From positions 1 to 64,000 of IMG/VR virus record IMGVR_UViG_3300020045_009368: a stretch of 64,000 bases of DNA. One strand, given 5' to 3'. How positions within the stretch are numbered: the first letter of the stretch is position 1; every line of letters begins with the position of its first letter. The translations under genes and the position numbers were made by a program. This document shows positions 32,853 to 44,037 of the stretch, one piece after another. The notes under the pieces are model-generated. The model was not told the DNA's origin. It did no database searches and saw nothing but the letters and a program-made list of their open reading frames with translations. The stretch comes from a virus.

Positions 32853-33716
32853 TTATTTATTTTGTTTTGGTTTAGCTTCAATTAAATCTCTTATTTCTTG
32901 ATTTTTAGGATTATCTAAATAAGCTACAGCATTATCAAACGTTGGTAATTCACCAGGATTACATAATTCTAAACCATCAACAGTTGAATATTTGTTACTA
33001 TTTTTAACAATAACTCCTTTATCAATCGCTGTATTAATTAAAAGTTTAGTATGAAATGATTTATCATTAACAACACTTACAAATTGTGAAGGCATTGTAT
33101 CAATAAATTCTTCTACTTTAGTTTGAATCCATCCTAAACTAGAATCTTTAGATATTGGTTTATTAGTAAGTAATTTAAGTACACCTAACAATTTATCTCT
33201 ATCATCTTCGATTTTACCATACATTTTAAATGCTTCTTTTTTAGAATCATATTTAACTTTAGATTCTAACATTTCTTCATGTTCTCTAGTAATTGCAAAT
33301 TGATATGTTTGATTTTTATTACGATCTGCCCAAGTAAGAGCAATATCTTCTTTAGATAATGTTTCAAGTATTTTAATTGAAATATAATCCATAGGATTAC
33401 TTAAATCAAATCTGTTGTTTGCATCATCTTTATGTAAAGACACTCTAAAATTTACCCAAAAGTTTCCATATACAGATAAATCTAAACCTGTAACAGCTTC
33501 TAAATATTCTTTTTCATCTGCAGATAATACATTTTTAATAGAACCATTTCTTTGTAATGGTGCAGAAAATTTTCTAACTGCTTTATCTAACATACCTCCT
33601 GCAATAACGTGATTAGCTTCTACATTAGCAGCCATACCTCTACGTCTATGAATATATTTAACTATAACTATTTCATTAGGTAATGTAAAATTACCTTTAT
33701 ATTGTTTTGTTTCCAT
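32853..33716 (-). CDS. Conserved crAss head-module protein
   Basis: 287 aa with FDLSNPMDYI motif; immediately after the MCP. Confidence 0.6.
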   Translation of the reverse strand: METKQYKGNFTLPNEIVIVKYIHRRRGMAANVEANHVIAGGMLDKAVRKFSAPLQRNGSIKNVLSADEKEYLEAVTGLDLSVYGNFWVNFRVSLHKDDANNRFDLSNPMDYISIKILETLSKEDIALTWADRNKNQTYQFAITREHEEMLESKVKYDSKKEAFKMYGKIEDDRDKLLGVLKLLTNKPISKDSSLGWIQTKVEEFIDTMPSQFVSVVNDKSFHTKLLINTAIDKGVIVKNSNKYSTVDGLELCNPGELPTFDNAVAYLDNPKNQEIRDLIEAKPKQNK

Positions 33717-33777
33717 TCTTCTCTTATTTTATTTCTTCTTCCGAAAGATTTTTATGATTTTAATTTATAATAAAATG

Positions 33778-33864
33778 AAAGGGACGTACATCACGCCCCG
33801 ATCACATTATTACTTTTTATTATTTTAAAGTGCAGGTGCTAAGGCTAATGCTTAGTTGGGCACT
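33778..33864 (-). terminator. Two GC-rich hairpins after the MCP stop (stabiliser/partial terminator)
   Basis: AGTGC...GCACT hairpin and GGGGCGTGATGTACGTCCCTTT hairpin on the minus strand. Confidence 0.5.
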
Positions 33865-33878
33865 GTTAAACTAATTTC

Positions 33879-35393
33879 TTAGTCTATAATTGCTGGTTTT
33901 AAAGTTGCAGTTCTAGAAGCATCTTTTACTAATGAACCAACACCTTCAACAAGTGCTGTCATTGTAGCAGAATCTTCCATTGTTTGCATCTCACCACCTC
34001 TACGTCCTGTAAAAGGATTACGGATACCTGCTTGGTAACCACGTAATTCATCAGAACCTTTAACTTTAACTTTTTGGATATTTGGCTCTTCCATTGAACC
34101 AATGTAAAGAATATCATATCTGTAAGATTCAGCAACACCACCATCTGGGTGAAGTACTTTATTTCTTACTTTATCATCATACATTGGATCTACTTCTAAC
34201 ATTACGTGAATGTTATTAGGAGCTCTATATTCTGTGAATTGGAATCCTGCAGAAAATGCGTTATCATGGAATTTAGATTGTACTTGTTTGATTGCATTTT
34301 GATTTGTATTATCAAATCCTAAAGCAGCCCAACCTGAAGCAATTTCAGCTACAGCTCTATGAAATTGAGCAGCACCTCTTTCACCTGTACGTAACATAAA
34401 TTTACGTTCTGACCAATCTAATTTACCTTCAGATAATTCAGAAAGTAAATCTTCTAATAGACGAATTGAGAATCTGTTATAAGTAGTAGTATTAGATACT
34501 TCCATTTGTTCTCTAATTCCAGAACCAGCTTTAATTTCAACATTAGCATTACCTTTGTTTAAGAAACGACCATTTTCATCACGGTTTGTTTTACCAAACA
34601 TGATTGTTCTAGATTTAATTCTAGATAGTTGTTTTTCAAACTGCCAGTAAACTTCTTGCATCCAAGTAGTAGAGCTATGTACTTTTCCTGTATTAGGATC
34701 TCTTGTTTCAATACCTGCAAAATATACTGGTTGAATTTTACAATCAATCATTGCACCTGAAACTTTGTGTTCCATACGAATAGAAGTAAGTGAGTTTCTC
34801 ATTAAGTATGGAGAAGTGAATCCCATACCAGCACCTTGGATAGATAACTCATCTTCAACTGGAGCACCCTCAATAGAGAATTTATTTCCAGGTAAAAATT
34901 CATCTCCAGGAATACCTGCTAATGACTCTTGACCACCAAATACTTCACATGTATAAACATAATTAGAACCTTCCTCGAAAGGATCTTCAAGAATACGCAT
35001 TTGATAAACGTCTGGTCTATGACCAGCAATTAAATGCATTTTAGTAAACCATTTTTCACCAAACACTAATTCAAATGTTGCTCTAGCAGCTCCAATACCT
35101 ACGGTACCAGCATCAACTACAGCTCCATTATATCTTGCTTCAACAAGTGGAATGTTTCTTTCATCAGAACCAACAACTTTCCAAACAAATTCGTTTGAAC
35201 CTGCATCTAATACTTTTTCTGGAAATAAAGATAAAGTTGTATCTAAATTTTTCATTCCTGAATTTTGTAAAAGCACAGTAGTTAATGGAGAAATCAATTG
35301 AGGAGATTGTCCAAATAATTGTGAAATGTGATTTTTTAATGTTATGCCTGACCATGCTTGTCCACGAGTCATGACAAATTTCCCTATACTCAT
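33879..35393 (-). CDS. Major capsid protein (crAss-type)
   Basis: 504 aa with strongly biased codon usage; IKAGSGIREQM and RTGERG motifs; portal-scaffold-MCP order. Confidence 0.9.
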   Translation of the reverse strand: MSIGKFVMTRGQAWSGITLKNHISQLFGQSPQLISPLTTVLLQNSGMKNLDTTLSLFPEKVLDAGSNEFVWKVVGSDERNIPLVEARYNGAVVDAGTVGIGAARATFELVFGEKWFTKMHLIAGHRPDVYQMRILEDPFEEGSNYVYTCEVFGGQESLAGIPGDEFLPGNKFSIEGAPVEDELSIQGAGMGFTSPYLMRNSLTSIRMEHKVSGAMIDCKIQPVYFAGIETRDPNTGKVHSSTTWMQEVYWQFEKQLSRIKSRTIMFGKTNRDENGRFLNKGNANVEIKAGSGIREQMEVSNTTTYNRFSIRLLEDLLSELSEGKLDWSERKFMLRTGERGAAQFHRAVAEIASGWAALGFDNTNQNAIKQVQSKFHDNAFSAGFQFTEYRAPNNIHVMLEVDPMYDDKVRNKVLHPDGGVAESYRYDILYIGSMEEPNIQKVKVKGSDELRGYQAGIRNPFTGRRGGEMQTMEDSATMTALVEGVGSLVKDASRTATLKPAIID

Positions 35394-35425
35394 ATTATAT
35401 ATTTATTTATTAATTTTGTTACTTT

Positions 35426-35938
35426 TTAATTAAAACATTCAGTGTAACCTTTGAATATTTTTTGTGGTACATATCTATTTACATTTTTTAATGAATTATA
35501 TTCAAGCCAAATAGCATCATATTTATTCATTAACGCAAGTTCCAATATTTCTACCTTATATGGAATTTTCCATAATCTATTTTTAATATTTTTTGTTAAA
35601 CCGTATTTATAAAATATAGTTCCATCTTCTTCAATTAATTTTAAATTATAGAAATATAATTCTTCATTAATCCATATTTGTTTATATCTTTCAGCAAGTG
35701 TTATATTATAAGAAGCTTTAATATATTCATCTGTAGGATTTTCTAATCTTTTTAAATGTCTTAATTCTTTTTTACGAGTATTTATACGATCTTTATTTAA
35801 TTCTCTATATATTCTTTCTCGTTCTAAAATTTTAATTTTATTTTTTTGATAATAAATTTTAGATTTTTCACTTATTTCTTCTTTCTTTTCTAACTTTCGC
35901 TTTTTATCATATTCAGCTTTCTTTTCTTTTGCTGTCAT
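35426..35938 (-). CDS. Free-standing GIY-YIG/T5orf172-like endonuclease
   Basis: Basic N-terminal repeats; C-terminal YKYGLTKNIKNRL...E...GYTECF. Confidence 0.6.
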   Translation of the reverse strand: MTAKEKKAEYDKKRKLEKKEEISEKSKIYYQKNKIKILERERIYRELNKDRINTRKKELRHLKRLENPTDEYIKASYNITLAERYKQIWINEELYFYNLKLIEEDGTIFYKYGLTKNIKNRLWKIPYKVEILELALMNKYDAIWLEYNSLKNVNRYVPQKIFKGYTECFN

Positions 35939-35947
35939 AATAAAACT

Positions 35948-37018
35948 TTATAAATTTAATACGTGACCGTTTGTATTATCATAACTCTGACTATCTTGCA
36001 TCCATAATGGAGTACCGTTATCTGCAGTTCTAGTTTGTTTAGCTATTTTTTCTAAATCTTTAATTGCATTAGATTTTGCAGGAGTAGTAAGTTTTGAATA
36101 ATCTTTAAATCCATTTGTTAACTCATAAAACATATGCATACGTGCTTCAAATTCTAAAGGATTTTCTCTACGATCTCTCATGAATTTATTTTCAAATTCT
36201 CCATCTGGAGATTTTCCAACAATTTCAGTGATATTTTTATAAACTTTATCTTGAATAACTTTAGTTAGTTTTAAACCTTTTACTAATTCTTTAGATTCAT
36301 AAATAGTTTGTTTAAGTTCTTTATCTAGATTTTCTTGAGCAATTCTATCTTGTTCAATTTTTTGTTTATAATTTTCTTGTTCTTGTATAATTTGTCTTTT
36401 TTGAAATTCTTTAAGACTTTCTAAAGATTCAACAGCATCTTCTAAAATTGCATCATCACCCAAATCAATTAATCTTTTTAACATACGAGATGTTTTAGCT
36501 TGATCTAATCCTTGATTTTGTAAATCTTGTTGAATTATTTGTTTAGCTAAAGATAAATCTTCTTTTAAAGTATCTTCAGTAATTACAGATAGGTCTTGTA
36601 TAGCTTTTTTACTTTGTGCTATTTTATTAACATCAATATTATTAATAAAATCTTCATTAAGTTTTAAAGCTTGAATTTCTTGTTCTTTTTTAAATGCAGA
36701 TACTAAATCATCAACAGATTTAATAGGTGTATTTTCGATGTCCAATGAAGGTAGTAATCCTTGTTCGTAAACAACGGTAGCTAAAGAAGAATATAAGTTG
36801 GAAGAAGGTTCACTACCCTCATCACTACCTTCATCTTGTCCATCTTCCTCATCTACTTCCTCTGGACTTTCATCCTCGACTTGGTTATCAATATTTTCTA
36901 TTACAGATTCATCTGTAATTATTTCATCATCTTCTGAGTTTTCTTCAAAATTAGGAATTAAACCAAAGTTTAATTCGGTATTATCAAAGAAACCCATATT
37001 TAAATTCTCTTCTTCCAT
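35948..37018 (-). CDS. Scaffold-like acidic head protein
   Basis: Acidic N-terminus plus coiled coil; between portal and MCP. Confidence 0.65.
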   Translation of the reverse strand: MEEENLNMGFFDNTELNFGLIPNFEENSEDDEIITDESVIENIDNQVEDESPEEVDEEDGQDEGSDEGSEPSSNLYSSLATVVYEQGLLPSLDIENTPIKSVDDLVSAFKKEQEIQALKLNEDFINNIDVNKIAQSKKAIQDLSVITEDTLKEDLSLAKQIIQQDLQNQGLDQAKTSRMLKRLIDLGDDAILEDAVESLESLKEFQKRQIIQEQENYKQKIEQDRIAQENLDKELKQTIYESKELVKGLKLTKVIQDKVYKNITEIVGKSPDGEFENKFMRDRRENPLEFEARMHMFYELTNGFKDYSKLTTPAKSNAIKDLEKIAKQTRTADNGTPLWMQDSQSYDNTNGHVLNL

Positions 37019-37051
37019 AAGTAAATTTATTATGTTTTTTCTTTAAGTTTA

Positions 37052-37129
37052 CAAATATAATATAAAACTAAAAAAATTCCAAATATTAATTAATATATTT
37101 TCAATATTTGGAAGATTTTTAATAGCTTT
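37052..37129 (-). promoter_or_regulatory. Sigma70-type promoter with upstream AAAGCTATTA motif (head operon)
   Basis: TTTGG...TATATTTG; upstream motif at 37120-37129. Confidence 0.75.
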
Positions 37130-39544
37130 TTATGTATTTGTTTTCTTCTTAATTCTTGCAATTTGTTGATCAACTTTTTTAGCTTCCATTGAATCTTTAT
37201 GTTTTAACATATCGTTATCTAAAGCTTTTAATTTTAAAGTATAATCTTTTCTAGCTTTTTCTACATCTAATTCAAATTTATTAATATCTAAAGGATCTGC
37301 AATACCATCATCATTTGTATCATTAGCTTCTAAGTTTCCACCTTTATCACTAATTTCTGCAATGTAACGTCTAGTATCATTATCTCTAATATTTTTAGTA
37401 TCTTCTAATTGAAGTTTTCTTTCTTCTAAATCTTTACGATATTGTAGATCTTCTTGAGCTATTTTATTTTGTTGTTCACCTTGTTGAGATTGACGTTGTG
37501 CCATTTCATCTTCAGCATTTTCAAGTTTTCTTCTCATATCTTGTAATGATGGACTAAAATAAATATCCATAATTGTTGACATAGAACCACCATTTTGAAT
37601 AAACGCTTGAGCATATTGTTTAATAGCTTGTTCAAGCTCCATTGTTTTAGCCGTAGAAGTAACTAATATACCATAATCAGATTCAGCAAGAGTTTCACCT
37701 TCCATATTTAAAACTTCTATAGTTTGATCATCTAAGATATATTGAACTTTTTTGTTTTCAACATCTCTTAATGCAACTTTAGCTGTTTCTAAAAAAGCTT
37801 CTAAAACTCTAATTTTAACTGATTCATGTAACATAAACCAATATTCTGTAATATGACTAGATTGATTAACAGAACGTTCTACACCACCAACAGTTTCTCT
37901 ATTAGCAACTTGACCTTCACGTTGTCTAGATACACCACACAATTCACCCATTTCCATTTTAATGAATTCAAGTAATTGTATATGTTGTTGTATATAAGCA
38001 CCAGTTTCCATATCAATAACAGACTGACCTTGATTTTGCATATTACCTGATAACTTACCAGTTGATGCTCCGTGATTACCTTCTTTAAAACTATCTACAA
38101 CAGCAATCTTATTTACTACAGCAAAGTGCATCCATTTCTCTATTTCCCAATTTGCAGGAACTTGAGCTAAATCTAAACGCATTATTTTACCATAGTTAGA
38201 TGCAATAGCTTTATTAAGTCTATCAAATATAGCATCATACATATACTGAAAGTTTTTAGCTCTATCTATAAGAGATACTGCTTTACCTTGATTAGTATTA
38301 TATATTTGACCAATAACTCCAAGATGTCCTTTAGATGGGTTATTTGCTTTTACATATTGTATTTGTCTAGGACGCATTTTTAAATAAATATCTTTACCTA
38401 ATTTAACACCTTCCCAAGCTTCATTAATCCAAAATATAGTTTCTTCTTCACCTCTAGCTTTATCAGTTATGTATTCTTCTGATTCAAATCTAAATTGAGT
38501 TTCACCATATTCATCATAATATTGAATTTTTTTTACTTTACGTAATGATTTCCATCTAACTATAAATTCTCTAATGTTTCCATTTTCATCTGTATAATTA
38601 GAATTAAAAACATGTCCATTTAATTCAGCTAATCCAAATAAAGTATTATATGTATCTTTTCTACCATAAATACTTTCTTGTCCATCTCTTAATAAAGTAT
38701 GATTATTTTGATCATCAGAATATCCACCTTTTGAAGTAGTGCTATATTCTGTAAGATAATCTATTTCTTCAGGTTTTAATTCGTCGTAATATTTATCAAT
38801 TAAATAATTAGGTGATTTATGATCTTCAATAATAATTAAAGACGAATCTTCGATTTTATCAGAATTACCATTTCTTACAGCTCTAACTTTTAATGGATTT
38901 AATTTATCAAAAGTAGGTTCACCATGTTCTATATCTAAGATATATATTTCTTCAGCCATAATTAAAGCATCCTTAAAACCTTTACTAAATTTTTCTTGAA
39001 AATTAAGTTCTTGCCAATAATGTTTAAGAATTTGATTAGCCATTTTCTCACGCATGTCTTGCCAAGAATATTTCATATACTTACCAAGCTCTTCCATTTT
39101 AGCTTTTAATTCATCATCTTGATAATTAGCTTCTAAAATAGCAGTTAATTTTTCAGTTAAAAATTTCTTTTTATCTTCTTCTTTTTTAGTAATTGCATCA
39201 GAGTTAATAACTACTGCGGACCAATCAAATCTACGTTTAATTTCTTCACCAACTAATAAATCAACTTTAGGTACAACAATTGGATGATGAGGTATTTCAT
39301 CAGAAATATATGTTGCATCTAAATGACTTGGATTAGTTACTTTAAGTAAATCTTCTTGATCTAAAATACCATTATAAAGATTTAAATTAATTATTTTATT
39401 CTTTAAATCTTTACGAACACCTTCATTATGATAATAAGAATGTGTATCTGAATAATCTACATTATCTTTTCTCCATTCTTTATTTTTTTTACTATAAGGT
39501 AATCTCTGTAAAGGTAACGGAATTGTGTTTATTCTTGCATCCAT
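37130..39544 (-). CDS. Portal protein
   Basis: 804 aa; LLVGEEIKR and GVSRQREG motifs; adjacent to TerL. Confidence 0.85.
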   Translation of the reverse strand: MDARINTIPLPLQRLPYSKKNKEWRKDNVDYSDTHSYYHNEGVRKDLKNKIINLNLYNGILDQEDLLKVTNPSHLDATYISDEIPHHPIVVPKVDLLVGEEIKRRFDWSAVVINSDAITKKEEDKKKFLTEKLTAILEANYQDDELKAKMEELGKYMKYSWQDMREKMANQILKHYWQELNFQEKFSKGFKDALIMAEEIYILDIEHGEPTFDKLNPLKVRAVRNGNSDKIEDSSLIIIEDHKSPNYLIDKYYDELKPEEIDYLTEYSTTSKGGYSDDQNNHTLLRDGQESIYGRKDTYNTLFGLAELNGHVFNSNYTDENGNIREFIVRWKSLRKVKKIQYYDEYGETQFRFESEEYITDKARGEEETIFWINEAWEGVKLGKDIYLKMRPRQIQYVKANNPSKGHLGVIGQIYNTNQGKAVSLIDRAKNFQYMYDAIFDRLNKAIASNYGKIMRLDLAQVPANWEIEKWMHFAVVNKIAVVDSFKEGNHGASTGKLSGNMQNQGQSVIDMETGAYIQQHIQLLEFIKMEMGELCGVSRQREGQVANRETVGGVERSVNQSSHITEYWFMLHESVKIRVLEAFLETAKVALRDVENKKVQYILDDQTIEVLNMEGETLAESDYGILVTSTAKTMELEQAIKQYAQAFIQNGGSMSTIMDIYFSPSLQDMRRKLENAEDEMAQRQSQQGEQQNKIAQEDLQYRKDLEERKLQLEDTKNIRDNDTRRYIAEISDKGGNLEANDTNDDGIADPLDINKFELDVEKARKDYTLKLKALDNDMLKHKDSMEAKKVDQQIARIKKKTNT

Positions 39545-40206
39545 TATACTATTCTTAAATTAGTTTTATATTGTAAATGTTTCTTTGTTAATTGAGAATG
39601 TAAAGTTTGACAAGGAATATTTAATAATTGAGAAGCTTCTTTTATTGAATTATAAAAAATACCAGTTTCCATATCTAGTAAAATTTTAGAAGTATTATTT
39701 GCTAATTTCATTTTTTCTTTAGTTTCAGAACTTAATGATTTACCTAATCTTACTAAACTCATTTTATTTTTAGTTTTATTAGATATAATTTTACCTTTTT
39801 GTTTTTCAGATATTTTTCTTTTAACTTCTTCGGTCCTTGGAATTTTATACAATTTACTATTTTCACCAGATAAAGAAACTATCATTTTTTGTTTTGTTTC
39901 TTCTGACATTATATATCCATGAACACCATCTCCACCATCAGTATGATTTACAAGAATTCCTGTTTTTTTGTCTATTCTACCATAATAAGATATTAAATTT
40001 ATTTCTAAATTTTTAGCTTCTTCTTTAGTTAAATTTGTATATAAAATTTCAATTGTGTATCCATATTTATTTACAAAATTTTTCCATAAATTAGATCTAC
40101 CTGATTTACTTTTTGATCTTTTTAAAGAACCAATACCAATATAAAATATTTCTCCATTAGGTTTTAAATGTTGATATACTATTTTGTTTCTTTTTTCACC
40201 TTCCAT
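39544..40206 (-). CDS. GIY-YIG homing endonuclease with NUMOD3 repeats
   Basis: VYQH...FYIGIG, LVNHTDGGDG and SEETKQKM-type repeats. Confidence 0.8.
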   Translation of the reverse strand: MEGEKRNKIVYQHLKPNGEIFYIGIGSLKRSKSKSGRSNLWKNFVNKYGYTIEILYTNLTKEEAKNLEINLISYYGRIDKKTGILVNHTDGGDGVHGYIMSEETKQKMIVSLSGENSKLYKIPRTEEVKRKISEKQKGKIISNKTKNKMSLVRLGKSLSSETKEKMKLANNTSKILLDMETGIFYNSIKEASQLLNIPCQTLHSQLTKKHLQYKTNLRIV

Positions 40207-40240
40207 TTATATAAGTTTATTAAATTTTCTATTAACTTTA

Positions 40241-40317
40241 CAATATACGAAATTTTTATTCATTTTCAAAGTAATTATAAAATTATTTTATATGATTGGT
40301 TGATTTCTAATAGCTTT
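40241..40317 (-). promoter_or_regulatory. Variant sigma70-type promoter with upstream AAAGCTATTA motif (portal operon)
   Basis: TTTG...TATATTG; upstream motif at 40308-40317 lies inside the TerL 3' end. Confidence 0.55.
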
Positions 40318-42555
40318 CTTTTGATTATAGTTTTTATTAAAATATACATCATTACTTAAACTTTCAATTTGTTTGCCATCATTCTCAATAGCAGCTTTAC
40401 TTATTTTATATTTATCTTCTCTAAGTATAAATAACATACCTGCCGCAGATATTCTATCAAAGTTACCATCGCTATTCCATTTCATTGCTTCTTCTATATG
40501 TGCAAGTCCTCTCATAGTATGTAAATACATCATTCCTTCTTCATTACCTAATACTGGAGTATTCATCCAATCAGCATGAAGTTTTCTACCCCATTTATTA
40601 ACTTCAGCATTTGCTAATGTACCTTTAGATAAATTACCATAACCAGTACCTTTAGCTAATTGCATATCTTTAAGAATTTGAGGTGTATCACATAGTCTAT
40701 GTAATTGATTCTTTTTATCAAAATAACTAAATAGACCTTTTAAGTTTTTCTCATAGTTTGCAATACCATTATAAAATTCAATTGTGCGTAAAGCTATTTC
40801 ATAAGCTTCTTCAGCTAACTTAGGTCTACCTGTGTATTCACAAACTATTCTATCTGTAAAAGTATCCATTCCAATTATACTAAATAAAGATGTACCTGCA
40901 TCAGCATCAATAGGGTCAATACCAAATATATATCTACCAAAAGCAATTTCACCATTAGCATTTTCTTTAGGCATCTCAAATATTTCTAAACAACCTTCTC
41001 TATTAGCATTATCTTTATCATAACTTCTAAGAGGAAATTTATCTGTAGTAGGTTTCCATTTAAGTTTGCCATTTTCACCTCTAATTAAATTACCTACATA
41101 ATGTTCAGCTAAGAAAGAATCTTTTTTAACCATAATAGATTCAAGATGTTCTTTTAAATCAGATACAGGAAACACTGTTCCTTCAGTACGCATAATTGCT
41201 TCTTGAGGTGTAATAGGTTCTTCTGCTTTCTTTTGTGTGATTGCATTTGGATCTGTAGAACTATATTTTACAATATGTCTATCAGATAATATTTCAACTA
41301 ATGCTTTAATTATGTCAGGTTCACCAACAGTTTCATCATAACACATATTACGATTCATATACGCACCCCAAAAGAAACCACACATATTATCCCCAGTTGC
41401 ATTTTTATCAAATACATTTGGTATTCCATATATATTATAACCACCAGGACTATAAAATAACTTTTCAGATCCTTCAAAACTACCACCTTCAACTCCACCT
41501 GTACCCATTGCAATCATGAATCCAAATGTCATATTACCATCTTCTACTGCTTTTCTATTAACGTTCCAAGCTTTTTCAAGATTTGGAAATAAACCATCTT
41601 CTTCATAATGAATTAACGGTCCTCTAATACCCCTAGCTTTATCAGGATTATCTTTTAATGATATGCCATGTACAGAAGATAATAATCCTTTACGTGAACC
41701 ATATTCATCTTTAAATCCTAATTGTATTTCTAAAGTACTTCCCGCTCTATCTACAGTTCTCATTCTAGGTAATGGTGTATGTTCTGCAATCCAATCAAGA
41801 TTATCTACAACTTTACCCCAAATACCTTTATCTCCAGATAAAAAACCTTTTTCAGAAGCTAGATGAAAGTTTGGATTCCCAGATCCAGGAAACACATACA
41901 TATTTCTAGGACTCCAAGATGCCGCTTTAAAAGATGCACCAATACCACGAGTCTTTAACATTTTACCATGTTTACCTCTACGTTTAGCTTGTTCTACATA
42001 GTGGTGAAATAAATAATCACCTAACCATGGTTTACCAAACTCTTGTAATCTTTCTCCTTGTGATTTACTTCCTTCAGATTGAGTTCCTGCTTTTTCAACA
42101 ATCCAAATAGGACTATAGTTCCAATAGTAATATAACTCTCCAGGAATCCATTCACCATCACTAGGTCTTACTAATCCATGTTTCCATCTACGCTGTTCTT
42201 CTTTCCAGAATTCAGCATATAAAGATTTAGGATTTGGATTTGGTGTTATATTAGTATATTTACCATTCTTTTTAAAAAATAAAGCTCTTTCTCTAAAGAA
42301 ATCCATATCTTCCAATATGTGAGGATTTGTTAAATCTACTTCAATTCTACCATCACCATAATCAGATGAAAGAGGTCTGTCTTTAGCATAACCTCTTATA
42401 TTTTCTAGAGCAATTAATCTTTTAATAAATTCAACTGAAGATAAAGTATCTAATAATTCTAACCAAACTTCACGAGGTAAACTATTTTTAAGTTCCTCAG
42501 TAAGTTGAGTTTGATAAGAATTCATTTTATATATTATTTCTAATTCATTTTCCAT
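40288..42555 (-). CDS. terL: Terminase large subunit
   Basis: Walker A-like KTRGIGASF, Walker B-like HYEEDG, GTGG coupling motif, nuclease GIDPID and NFDRISA. Confidence 0.9.
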   Translation of the reverse strand: MENELEIIYKMNSYQTQLTEELKNSLPREVWLELLDTLSSVEFIKRLIALENIRGYAKDRPLSSDYGDGRIEVDLTNPHILEDMDFFRERALFFKKNGKYTNITPNPNPKSLYAEFWKEEQRRWKHGLVRPSDGEWIPGELYYYWNYSPIWIVEKAGTQSEGSKSQGERLQEFGKPWLGDYLFHHYVEQAKRRGKHGKMLKTRGIGASFKAASWSPRNMYVFPGSGNPNFHLASEKGFLSGDKGIWGKVVDNLDWIAEHTPLPRMRTVDRAGSTLEIQLGFKDEYGSRKGLLSSVHGISLKDNPDKARGIRGPLIHYEEDGLFPNLEKAWNVNRKAVEDGNMTFGFMIAMGTGGVEGGSFEGSEKLFYSPGGYNIYGIPNVFDKNATGDNMCGFFWGAYMNRNMCYDETVGEPDIIKALVEILSDRHIVKYSSTDPNAITQKKAEEPITPQEAIMRTEGTVFPVSDLKEHLESIMVKKDSFLAEHYVGNLIRGENGKLKWKPTTDKFPLRSYDKDNANREGCLEIFEMPKENANGEIAFGRYIFGIDPIDADAGTSLFSIIGMDTFTDRIVCEYTGRPKLAEEAYEIALRTIEFYNGIANYEKNLKGLFSYFDKKNQLHRLCDTPQILKDMQLAKGTGYGNLSKGTLANAEVNKWGRKLHADWMNTPVLGNEEGMMYLHTMRGLAHIEEAMKWNSDGNFDRISAAGMLFILREDKYKISKAAIENDGKQIESLSNDVYFNKNYNQKKAIRNQPII

Positions 42556-44036
42556 TCGTTTTCTTGTAATACAATAGCTTTAGTGCTAAGTATGACTTTT
42601 GCTGTAGCAACAGCATTTAATAATGCACATCTTGTAACTTTAAGTGGATCTATAATATTTTTTTCAAAATAAGTTATTCTTGGAATATCATGCCCTTTAA
42701 TATATTTTTCATCTAAATCACATCCATTTTTAGAAATTGTCCAATTTGGTTCACATAATGAATCACATATTGATAATATAATTGGGTCTGTTGTTATAGA
42801 TGAATATCTGGCTTCTAATAAAGCATAACCTGCACCTTCTACAATACCTTCTTCTAATGCGCAAGCAACTGCTTTAATAGAATCATCATATCTATCAAAA
42901 CGTTCTAACATTTCATTTTTAGTTTTACCACCTACTTTAATAATAGATACTTTACCTTCTAATTTTTCAATTCTTTGAGTAAGTAACTCTTTATCGTAGT
43001 CAGTTAAATCAGAACTAGTTAATTGTTCTTTTAAAGATAATATTTTAGAATCTATATTTATATCTTCGTGTTTAACTAATACACTATTATTTTTACTAAT
43101 TTTACATGACTTCAATCTACCAAGTATTCCATTAGTATATTGTTTAGTAAAATCTTTAATTACAGTTGCTCCTGTAAAATTAGCTAAATCATCTAACAAA
43201 TCTTTTCTATGTTTAGAATAACCTGGAGTTTTAATAACTACAATCTTAACACCTGTACTTAAAACAAATGATTCTAATTTACGTAATACTTGTTCATGAA
43301 TATCTTCACACATAATTACTAAAGAACAATCTTGTACTTCAGCTTGTTGTAATTGTAATTTAAATGTTTCTAATTTTTCTAATTTACCATCAAGTAATAA
43401 AATAAATACATTTTCATTATCAAACTCTACAGTACCTTTAGATTCATTAGTAACAAAATGTTTACTAAAATAAGATACTGGTAATGACATACCATCTACT
43501 AATTCTAATACATCTTCTATATTATCACTTTCTTCTATTTTAACTATGGAAGTATGGTTGTAAGCCTGTTGAATAAGTTCACCAATTTGTATATCATTAT
43601 TAGCAGATATACTAGCAACATATTTAATATCTTCATGTTTTAATTCTCTTGAATTAAGTTTTAATTGTTCAATAACTTTAGGAATGATTTCATCAAAAGC
43701 TTTGTTAATATCTTTAGATTCAAAATCTTTTAAGTTGTTTACAAATGCAGTAGTAAGTACTGTTGCAGTAGTTGTACCATCACCAGCTTCTTCTACAGTT
43801 TTATTTGCAGCTTCTCTTAATAGTTCTACACCAATATTTTCAATTGGATCTTTTAATTTAATACTATTAATAACACTGACACCATCTTTAGTAACTACAT
43901 ATTTATTTAATCTAATATTTGGTATAATAACAGTAGCACCATTTGGACCCATAGTAGAAGCAACTGCATCATTAGCTTTATTCATTCCAATGATTAATTT
44001 ATCTTTTCCTTCTTTATTGTAATATATTTCTTCCAT
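42540..44036 (-). CDS. groEL: Phage-encoded GroEL-like chaperonin
   Basis: TMGPNG, TKDGVSV, AGDGTTTATV, EEGIVEGAG and IIDPLKVTR motifs; no GGM tail. Confidence 0.92.
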   Translation of the reverse strand: MEEIYYNKEGKDKLIIGMNKANDAVASTMGPNGATVIIPNIRLNKYVVTKDGVSVINSIKLKDPIENIGVELLREAANKTVEEAGDGTTTATVLTTAFVNNLKDFESKDINKAFDEIIPKVIEQLKLNSRELKHEDIKYVASISANNDIQIGELIQQAYNHTSIVKIEESDNIEDVLELVDGMSLPVSYFSKHFVTNESKGTVEFDNENVFILLLDGKLEKLETFKLQLQQAEVQDCSLVIMCEDIHEQVLRKLESFVLSTGVKIVVIKTPGYSKHRKDLLDDLANFTGATVIKDFTKQYTNGILGRLKSCKISKNNSVLVKHEDINIDSKILSLKEQLTSSDLTDYDKELLTQRIEKLEGKVSIIKVGGKTKNEMLERFDRYDDSIKAVACALEEGIVEGAGYALLEARYSSITTDPIILSICDSLCEPNWTISKNGCDLDEKYIKGHDIPRITYFEKNIIDPLKVTRCALLNAVATAKVILSTKAIVLQENEWKMN

Positions 44037-44037
44037 A

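Noticed and set aside
33959-35355. Short alternative-frame ORFs inside the MCP (also 60657-60845 and 53557-53739)
   Set aside because: Out-of-frame by-products of codon bias.
33879-42555. Introns or inteins in MCP, portal or TerL
   Set aside because: The genes are uninterrupted and of expected size; the endonucleases are intergenic.
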